Positions 54,691 through 64,000 of a DNA stretch of 64,000 nucleotides are shown piece after piece. A program made the position numbers and the translations under genes. Each line of letters opens with the position of its first letter. Within the stretch, counting starts at the first letter, position 1. A model generated the notes under the pieces. It saw only the letters and a program-made list of their open reading frames with translations, searched no databases and had not been told where the DNA came from. Where the stretch lies: positions 451,883 through 515,882 of the forward strand of contig JAAOMT010000261.1 in assembly GCA_016748015.1 (NCBI GenBank). Reading direction: 5' to 3'. This DNA comes from Geosiphon pyriformis uo1. Its lineage: Eukaryota; Fungi; Glomeromycota.

Positions 54691-55881
54691 TGGAATAAAG
54701 AAAGCAATAAAGCACCCGAAACAGAGCACAAACAATCTAATCTAACCAGCACTGAACTGATTGAAGCTTCCAAAGACACCAACTTTGACTCTAAGCCACC
54801 CACTTTGGTAGTTAGAACCTTGGAGCTATTTGAACTAAAACCAGAAACATTATCATCAACAGCAGAGAAAAAGAGAACAGAAGACACTAACACACCATCC
54901 AAGACCATGTCTGAGATCAAACCCAAAGCTGAAGATACAAAAATAGCTAAAGAGAGTACTTGAAAGACAAATAGCAAAGGCACCAGTTCCACAAAACTGA
55001 ATTTTTTCATAACACTAAAAACTTGATTGGCTAAAAGTTCCAAAGAGCATTTCAAAGATGCCAAATGATTATATAAACCAGAGATGCCAAGAGGAGCAGA
55101 AATATATGAGGAAGATATAGCACCAGGAGAAAACTTAGCACCAAAAGATGAACCAGTACCTAAAGAAAATAAAGAGACCATTAGAGAAGAAGAACCACTG
55201 GCAACTTGGGCCTAAGTTTTGTCACTGAAAGAAACTGGGCAAATGATAGATGTCTGCTTTTTTTTATAAATGTTGGCCAGGCAAGCCCAGTTCTAAGAAT
55301 TAACCACCTGCTTACTATGACCACCACAATTCTCACCCACTGCATAATCAACAGAAACATGACCAAATTGTTTGTACTGAGCACAACAAGCCAAAAATAG
55401 ACCAGCCCAGTGCAAATTCACACTCTTAAAAACTGAAGTAGAATCAATAGCAGCCACTCTAAATGTCTCATTTTCAAAACAAATCACTGCACATTTGTTA
55501 CAGATATATGAACTTGGATTGCGACCAATAAAGCATGTTTTTCTACCATAAGAATTTAACAAGTCAGAAAGATTATGAGCAGTAGTTCTAACTGGTAATG
55601 TATACAATAATACCCGATATTGGTCTCTTAAGGTCCATGATTGCTTATCATTAATAGCCAAAGCCACATATACAGAATTTTTTCCCATGAAAACAAACCA
55701 TTTAGAAGCAACTGAACTAGCCACTTCAAATGATTCAAACTTTACCAAAGCCTTTTGTCATAAACCAATTAATTGTATTTTAATTGACACAATCTTATCA
55801 AATTTAGAAAAGACTGATTTTACTGCCAATCTGGGAAGATCAACTGGGATTTTCTTAACAATTATTTCCCAATCTATATGG
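54687..55881 (-). pseudogene. LINE ORF1, C-terminal part
   Basis: ORFs 54687-55181 and 55293-55748; decayed knuckle CAQYKQFGHVSVDY and a coiled-coil-like C-terminus. Confidence 0.75.
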
Positions 55882-58683
55882 TGTTGCAGGTGATTATTTG
55901 GGATCTTAAATCAAATAACAAAACCCATAACTTAGTGCTCAAAAGCTTATTTACAATGATGTGGATCTGAAGATATTGTTTTTTGAAAAGTTTGATTGAG
56001 TTTTTTGTATAATAGACAGAAATTCAATAGTTGTTTATCTGTAGCTTTCCAAAATCGCAATTCTGTCAATTTCTTTCTTCAACTTGATGGCTGGTATTTC
56101 TCTGATAAGTAATCCGTATTTTTTATATGCTCTACCCATTCACAGGGGTCTTTTACCAGGCAATTCTTGATGTCAATAATTCTGTGCTTAATCTTCAATC
56201 AATTAGTAAAACAAAAGAAATAACAAAAATAAAAAAAAATAAAAAAAAAATAAAAAAAAAATAAGCCAAGGCAATAAAGGTTAGTATTTCATCAATAGCC
56301 ATAATTAAGAGCTATTGTTCCAATGGTGTTAAGTATCAATTACTATTAACATGAAGTGTTAATAGTGAGAGTAAATTAAGATAGTAAATAATTATTTATT
56401 TGATATTTTGTGATATAAAAGGTTGTTTAAATCAAATCTAAACTGAGAGGTCTGTTTTTTCTACTTCTAATACTACCACTATATATACATAATTGAGATT
56501 CCTCAATTTCTCAATTCTTCACACCAGAAATCCTAAAATTTCTGGAATTCTGCAATTCCTTTGAGAGGAATCCTGGAATTCTGGAATCCTGTGATTTCTT
56601 GTACAAGAATTCTGAAATTCCTGGAATCCTGCAATTCCTCTAAGAAAAATTTTGGAATTCCACATTTTACTATAGTTACTTCTAATTGGCTAATTTATGC
56701 TAATATATATTTTTTATATTCTATGAGTAATATTATTCTCTCCTTTTTAATATTAAGCTCTGTCAAGATCTCCTAATTCTAATTCTTCATCTTTGAGTAT
56801 TTTTTGGACTTATTTTTTAAGAATTACTTGTGCTATCTTGTTTTGTAAGTCTTTAAATTAGGCATTAGTTATTTTTCCATTTGGTTAATGGTAATGGAGT
56901 TCATTTCTGAATTAAGTAAGATTTCTGGTCGATCTTGAAATCTGATATGTAGCCAATAAATGGCTCTTACTTGTGTGGTCAAATTGTTTTTCCCCACAAA
57001 TTGTTTCAGTTGTTGTAGTATTGTTGTGTTAAATGATCGTTTTGTTTTATCTGTGTACAAGCCCTGAATGTTTAAGTATTGTTCCAAATAAAAATAACAA
57101 AAGTTTCTTGGAAATTATTGTATCTACTGTTACTGGAGGTTTTTGGTCTCTTTTCTGTAATGTTGTTGATACCTGTTTGCTGTGAATTCACATTTTCTGG
57201 ATGTGGTTGAACCTCCAGTAACTGAATTTTCTCTTCAAATTATAGGAGATAATTTGAACTGCTGGGCTTATAAGTGGAATGGTCAATTCCATGCCAGTTA
57301 CTTTATATAGTTACATTGTAGTAAACATCAACTCTTTCCCAGGAATTACTTATCTGGAAGCTTACTAAAAAATGTGTAGTTACTTTGCTGTGAAAGTCAA
57401 CTCTTTTACAGGAATCTCATCTGTAGGCTACTTTAATAATTGTAATAAGAAAAGAAAAGAAAAATAAAAGAAATGTAAAAGAAATAGGATTTTATCAAGG
57501 GAAACGTTTTCTATCCAGGCCTGGAGTCACTAACAGTTTACTGAAATTGGTAGCTAATCAATTTCAAAACGTTAGTTGGGTTTTGAGGATTTTCCAAGTG
57601 CAATAATTAAAGAATTTGGTTTTTCGAATTATTTGATATTTATTTCTTTTTGTGTGTGTAGAAATGGTTCTAAGTGATAAATCTAAAGTAAGATACATTT
57701 TCCAGAAGAGAAAAGCTCTTCTTTTATACAACTTGTTGTAGTACTAATCTATGAACTTGCACTTTTTCTCTTTGCTCAAATTTCGGTGAACTAAAAATAC
57801 ATTTTGATAAACTACAAGTTATTTCACTGAACTATTGATTAATTTGGGTGAACTATTCATAATTTCGGCGAATTTCTGTAAATTTCGGTGAATTTTTTAT
57901 AAATTTCGGCGAATTTCTGTAAATTTCGGCAAATTTTTGAATGTTACAAAGTTCAGGGTATTGTGTAATTTGATAATCCTACTTTCTGTTATACTAATTA
58001 GATTATTTTAATTGAATCGTGATATGTGATAATTGATTAAATAATAAATGATAATTTGAAATGATATTAATATATTAATTAATTATAGGAATTATAAGGG
58101 TAATTTTATGCTAATTAATAGCTAAAATTCTACTGGTAACACCACCAATTCCAAGTTTCTATAGTCAACTCTTGATAGTGAGTAACTTTTGGTTGTGTTT
58201 CTATTGCCAGTTTCACTTTTGCAATTATTTTGTCAACAGTGTTTTCTGTTTTTCTCTGTGTTTTATCTTATGTTCTTTTTCTGGTGTTTGTGTATCTAAT
58301 AGTTTGTTGATTGATTGTAATTTCTATTTTTTGTTGTTGTATTAGTTAAAAGAGTTGTTGTGCTAGTGAGTGAATGCTGTCAGTAATCACCATTTTCTGC
58401 TGTCTTTTTGTTGGATATACTGTGTGTTTATATACTCTTTTGATTGTTTAATTTTATGTGTTTGGTTCAATAATTATGATTGGTTTTAGATCTTATAAAA
58501 TCTCATCTGGTTTGACTAGTATTCTCTGTACTTCTAATTGTAGAATATTGTTGGTGGATAACAATGCTATATGGTAATATGGTTTCAGTCAATCACCATG
58601 TGCTGTTTTGGTTAAGATTTTGTTGTTCAATCTTAATTTATAAGCTCCATTTTCAAGAATTTCTTTTATGTGAAATAGTCTAT
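55882..58683 (-). mobile_element. Ty3/Gypsy element 6 (family B): 3' LTR 55882-56732, PPT, ORF3 and integrase C-terminus
   Basis: PPT 56733-56748; ORF3 from ATG 58393 to ~56750, split by a solo LTR; IN tail GAYKL..AHGD. Confidence 0.9.
57128..58141 (-). repeat. Solo LTR, family A
   Basis: TGTTAC...GTAACA with TSD CTAC/CCAC; expanded U3 repeat array. Confidence 0.95.
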
Positions 58684-60061
58684 TGTTACTCATAAAATAT
58701 AAGAAATATATTAGCATATAAATTAGCCAATCAAAAGTAGCTGTAGTCAATGTGGAATTCCAGGATTCTCATATAAAAAATTGCAGGATTCCAGAATTCC
58801 AGGATTCCTCTCAAAAAGAATTGCAAAATTTCTGGTGTAAAGAATTGAAGAATTGAGGAATCTTAATTATGTATATATATTGGTAGTGTTAAAAGTAAAA
58901 AAAAACAGACCTTCTAATTTAGATTTAATCTAAACAACTTTCCATTCACAAATATCAATAAATAATTATTCTTTATCTCCAATCTATTCTCTACTATCAA
59001 CATGAAGTGTTGATAGTAATTGATATTTAATCATACTGGAACAATAGCTCTTGATCATGGCTATTGATGGAATACTAACTTGCAATTGCTTTTGTTTAAA
59101 TTCTTAATCTTCTTTATTTTCTTTTATTTTCTTTTATTTTTTTTTTATTGCTGTTGTATTTCTTTTTGGTTGACTAATTAATTAAGAATTAAAGTACTGA
59201 ATTATAGACATCATAGTGACTGGTAAAAGACCTGTGAAACAAGGGTAGAACACTTATAGATTTGAGGATAGCTTACCAGAAGGATTATTAGCCACCATGC
59301 TGAAAAAGAAATTTGACAGAATTGCAATTCCAGGAGGCTACTAAAACAACTATTGAATCTCTGTTCATTATATAAAGAACTCAACAAAAACTTTCAGATA
59401 CAAACAACTTTCAGATTACTAATACCACCATCGCAAATAGCTTCTGAGCACCAAGTTATGGGTTTTGTTATTTGATTTAAAACCCCAAATAATCATCTGT
59501 AACATTTAGTGCTCCTTGTGAGATATAACTCTACAGAGAACTAGTACCAACAACAAGCATCCAAAAGTGGCAGAATTAGAAATCATAGAAGCAAACCATT
59601 TAGGATTTGCCAAATCCTTGTTTCAATAATACAGCCAACAATTAGAATTAAGCAATAATTATTTCCCAGCAGAATCAGTCTTTAACTTTTACATCAATAA
59701 TAAAATCACAGACTGCTTAGGGAAAACAGTTAACATTGAATCCGCAAGAAAAAATTTCTATACAGAATTGTTTCAACATACCAGTTTACTAAGAAACTAC
59801 AGTTCCATACCAATCATCAGGAAAATCAATTAAACTATCAAAAAGTACACTCAACAATAATTCCCTATTACTTATGCAAACAAAAACAAGGGAAGACTGC
59901 AAACACCAGTAGTAATACCAAAACAGATACAACCACCCACTTAGAAGAAAACCAGAGTTGAATTACTAACCAAACCATCATACTATTATACACCAGAAAG
60001 TGCCATCAATATTTTCTCAACAGACACATCCACATCAAATGCGACATTAACCTTTGAATAA
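58684..60061 (+). mobile_element. Ty3/Gypsy element 7 (family B): 5' LTR 58684-59504, PBS 59507-59524, gag leader
   Basis: The LTR is followed by TT-TAGTGCTCCTTGTGAGAT (decayed TGG). The gag leader is homologous to 33277-33830. Confidence 0.9.
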
Positions 60062-61099
60062 TGTTATGAATAAACTTGGTGGGGTATGATGGTAATGTTT
60101 GGTGCTTTAATTTGGAGTTCTGGATTGGTCAGCTTTTGTCATATCAGTGTTATTAGTCTTTGAAAGTCTATTCCTGCACGTGAATTTACCCGTTGAGTTC
60201 TTTGGTTATAAGACACAGAGTTGGTATCTTGTCAATTGCAACATTTTTCTTTAAAGGTGAGCTTTTTTTTCCGAGCTAATGAGTATGGTCATTAGGGTCT
60301 GGTATTGTCTTTTTGCCCTTCTGGTAAGCTAACAAGATAAAGTTAATATCCAAAAACCTAAGGGGAGCTTCCCTCTTTTACCAGGCTATCACAAAGTCTA
60401 TTCCCAGACAGTCAATTTTACTATGTTGCTGCTCCACAAAAGAAAAAAAAAATAAAGAAAAAAAAAAAAAGAAAATAAAAGAGAATAAAAAGGGAAAGAG
60501 TAAAAGAAATTAGTATCGTCAATTACCATGATCAAGAGTGATTGGTCCAAGTCATTAATGATTTAAGGTAGTTTATGCTAAGAGCATCTGTTCTGGAATG
60601 AGGTTAGGAAGTAATAAATCAATTGAAACATAGAAGTTGGAAAACTCTAGGTTTGTAATTTGGAATATTTGATTTATTTTGAAATCTATGTACAGACTAA
60701 GATATAAGAGAGTAAAGGAAATTTATTCTTGTCTAGCTGTTTGTTCTTTTAACTTCTATGACTACTCATTTTTATACATTCTTTTGGTTTTACAGGATTG
60801 CTTACAATTGTTATATTATCACTAGCTATTGTTTCATTATTTCTATTATTGCTTCGTTATTTCTGTTATTGCTTTGTTATTCTATATTATTGCTAGTTAT
60901 CTTATGTTATAACACATTATCTGGTATTATTACATGCTATTCTGTGTTATTCTATGTTATAACATGTTATCCTGTGTTATCCTAAGTTATAACGCATTAT
61001 TCCACATTATTGCACATTATCCTGTGTTATGTCATGTTTTGTTCATGTTTTGGTCACATTTCTCTCCTAACTTGAATTGGTTTTTTTACTTGGGTAATA
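60062..61099 (-). repeat. 3' LTR, family D
   Basis: TGTTA...GGTAATA next to a PPT; shares U5 motifs with family B. Only one copy is present in the window. Confidence 0.8.
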
Positions 61100-61104
61100 T
61101 TATC

Positions 61105-61848
61105 CCTCTCTTTTTAAAATTGAGCTCCTGCAAAACCATATGTATCTGTTGTTATGGCTTCATTCGTGTAATGTTAAATGGTTGCCTCGAATATTGCCTC
61201 TTGTAGATCTTTGAACTGTTGATTGGTTATTCGTCCTATGTTGTTAATCATTATGGTTTTCATAGATCTGTTTAGTAGTACATTTGGACAATGTTGAAAG
61301 GTGGTGTATAGTCGGTATGCTGCTTTGTAATATAGGGTTAAGTTGTTTTTTCCTATGAATTTTTCTACTTGTTGCATTGTTTTTTTGTTGAACATTCTCT
61401 GGTTAAGGTTTTCATATGGTGTTTTCAAGTCAAGCTGCTTTCCAATTTTGTAGAACCAATAGGCTGGCAGAAGTTTTTTTTTCTATTTCTGGGCATTGTC
61501 TAGTGTCTATTCCTCTGTTTCGGGGAGTTTGGTCCTCTAAGCCAAAGCTTGTTTTATTTCTTCAAGCTCAGGGACCAAGTATCTTCTTTTATAAAATAAT
61601 TCCCATTCTTTCACTCTTTCTTCTCCACCTCCCATCTGAAGGCAATTTTTCTTCCAATATTGCCTTTCGGATGGTATGTAGGAGAGAGAATGTTTAGTTC
61701 TTTTTGAACTTTCATCTTCTCCTCTCCTGCTTTTATCCTTGTACCATATCTCTTTTTTATCAATTGTTATTTTTATTTTAGCAGGAGATTGTTAAATTGC
61801 ATCAAACAGTTGTTTCGAGAGTTGTAAAATTTGATCTAAAAGGTCCAT
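61105..61848 (-). pseudogene. ORF3 homolog of element 8
   Basis: MDLLDQILQLSKQLF..KAAYRLYTTF..NNIGRITNQQFKDLQ. Confidence 0.75.
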
Positions 61849-64000
61849 GTTAAACTTTTGTTGACTTATTTTTGTTGTTTCAATGGTTATATATACTTGA
61901 ATTTTCCAATTAAATAGTTGCATATTACTTTTATGTTTCAATGATGATGATTGGTTCCAGATCTCATGGTATATTTTCTGGTCTGATTAATGGAATTTGT
62001 GTTCCTAACTGAGGTATTAATGACAATGACTGCTGTTTTGCATGATAAATTTTCAATCAGTTTCCATAAGCTACTTTCTTTAGAATCTTGTCTTCCAATC
62101 ATAATTTGTAAGCTCTATTTCCTAAAGCTTTGTGTATATGGAATAGACCGTCCCACTTTAGGTTGAACTTTCCACTCCACTGTTTTTCAGCTTTTGTACA
62201 GTGTAACAGTACTTGGTCTCTAATCTTGAATTTCATTGGTTGTTCAGACAGACAATCATCATGTCTTTCCTTTTGCCATTTTTGAGCATTACTAATATTA
62301 TCAGCTGCTGTTTTTCGGTTGTTTTCTAATGTTTCCATTAGCTGGTACATTCTTTGGTATAAGGTAGCTTCAAAATTCTTTTCGGTGATTGTTTCTGTTG
62401 GGTAGGACAATATTTTTTATTCTATAGGTAATGTAGCTTTTCTTCTATAGACTAGTTCAAATGGTGTAAATTGTGTCATATTTTGCTTTAGTATTTGGTA
62501 TGCAAAGAGTACTGAAGGTATGAATAAGTCCCATTTTTGTTCATTTTTTTGACTTATTTTTGCTAGTGCTTCACACAGTGTTCGGTTAAACCTTTTTACC
62601 AGTCTGTTTGTTTGTGGGTGGTATAGTGACAATAAAGGATGTTTTATACCAAACCGTTGGCTTAGTTCAATTAGTGTATTATTAACAAAATGTGTTTCCT
62701 GATCAGATAATAATTCTTTTGGGCATTTATGTTGGCAAATTAGGTCTTGATGCACAAATTCGGCTACTGTTTTGGTGTTAGCCACTTGGATTGCTCTGGC
62801 TTCTGGCCATTTTGTAAGATAGTCTACTGCTATTGTGATGTAACAATTTTCTTTGGATGTTATGGAGAAAGGACCAACCAAATCGATCTCAATTCTATTA
62901 AATAGATTTCTAACTGGAATGGGTCAAAGTGGTTCTGTTATTCTGGCTCTTCCTCTTCACTGACATAAGTTACAATTGAGAACATATTCAAAGATATTCT
63001 TATATATTATAGGCCAATAGTATAGATTTGTTGTTCTTTCCAAAGTCGTATCTTTGTTGAAGTGTTTTGAAGTTGAGTCAGAATGCATACTATATAATAT
63101 AGCTTCTTTTTCACTGTCTTTGATTAATCATTGTGGGGTGGGGTGGTTTTGTTGTTTTTGATGATAGAGTTGGTCATTTTGAATAAAGTAATTTCGTGCT
63201 TGTTTCTATATGATATTTTGTTTCTGTTAAGATAAAATCTCCTTAAAACATAGTGTCAATAGGTACTGATGTAATCGCTGATAAGTAAGTGTGTCCATGG
63301 GTCCGAGATTAGGTTTGTGGCATCCTCGACAAACTGTCGGCATTGGTGTTCTTGGATCTTTCCTTGTAATGGACTTTGAATGGGAATTGTTGCAGATAAG
63401 TACTCCATCTTGCATATTTCCCTTCTAGCTGTAGATTGTTGAGTAATCAAATAAGTCTTTTGTGGTCAGTATATAAGTCAAATGGTTGACTAAGGTAATG
63501 TTTCCATGTCTGTACTGTCAAATAGATGGCGAGGCATTTCAAATTGGTTGTGCTGTAATTTTTTTCTACTGAACTAGTGCTGTGGCTGGCATAAGCAATT
63601 AGATGTTCTCTATTGTCCAGTCCTATCTGTGATAAGACTGCTCCTAGAGCATTTTCGAGGTGTCTGTAGTGACAATAAATCATTTAGTGAAGTCTGAATA
63701 GATCAATATGGGGGAGGTAATTAATCATTGCTTGAGATAGTCAAATGTTTTCTGTTGATTTTCCTTCCACAGGTATGGTACATATTTGGACAACAAGTGA
63801 TGGAATGGTTTTGCAATAGTTGAGAAACCTTTGACAAATTGACAATAGTATCTTGCCAATTCTAAAAATTCTCATAATTCTCTGAGGTTGATTGGGGCTG
63901 AAAAATTTCTAACTTTCTGGACTTTGTCTGAGTTGGGTTTGATTCTGTCTTTGCTAATCACGTGTCTTAGGAATTTCAATTTGGTTTTTCCAAAAAAACA

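Larger units (their letters stand above)
48919..55881 (-). mobile_element. LINE (non-LTR retrotransposon): ORF1 and ORF2 (APE-RT-RNase H-CCHC), decayed
   Basis: RT LQNMQKAY, QGE and AFVDNT; RNase H VYTDES, DSQS and KVKSYSGVLGNEHAD; zinc knuckle (Y)LYCGSMEVLDHIFSC. A-tail at 48919-48928. ORF1 is cut by the LTR at 55882. Confidence 0.9.
60062..64000 (-). mobile_element. Ty3/Gypsy element 8 (family D): 3' LTR, ORF3, IN, RH and end of RT; runs off the window
   Basis: LTR 60062-61099, PPT 61100-61115, IN 62099-62881 (VDYLTKW, YHPQTN, KWDG.F), RH 63447-63683. Confidence 0.9.

Noticed and set aside
59070-59190. Intron in U5 (TACTAAC, pyrimidine tract, CTAAT..AG)
   Set aside because: Branch-point-like words are present, but I found no conserved 5' donor across copies. 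RNA-seq would be needed.
60758-61206. Hydrophobic small ORFs here, and antisense ORFs over pol
   Set aside because: They are translations of T-rich LTR repeats or shadows of the A-rich sense strand, and are not conserved between copies.

Overview
This is a very AT-rich eukaryotic window, most likely fungal and Glomeromycotina/Mucoromycota-like by my recall of similar proteins (inference, not verified). It consists almost entirely of nested, decayed retrotransposons, and I recognise no host gene. It holds parts of 8 Ty3/Gypsy LTR elements from four LTR families (here A, B, C, D). Three have both LTRs: 1385-11284, 24767-34612 and 35846-43560. There are also five solo LTRs with 4-bp TSDs and three LINE pieces, one with APE-RT-RNase H-CCHC. 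The Gypsy lineage has an unusual shared architecture: long gag leader, gag with CCHC, protease, ~200-aa Cys-rich insert, dUTPase, a degenerate second dUTPase-like repeat, RT, RNase H, integrase with GPF motif (no chromodomain), then a conserved non-Env ORF3 before the PPT. The four LTR families are barely alignable overall. Their U5 regions still share covarying RNA-like structures: a twice-repeated AGC-[helix]-AAG-[helix] motif, a hairpin with a 6-nt palindromic loop, and in B and D an anti-PBS sequence. The best candidate for an undescribed system is this retrovirus-like set of accessory protein plus structured leader RNA. All alignments and folds were done by eye, and internal domain boundaries are approximate.
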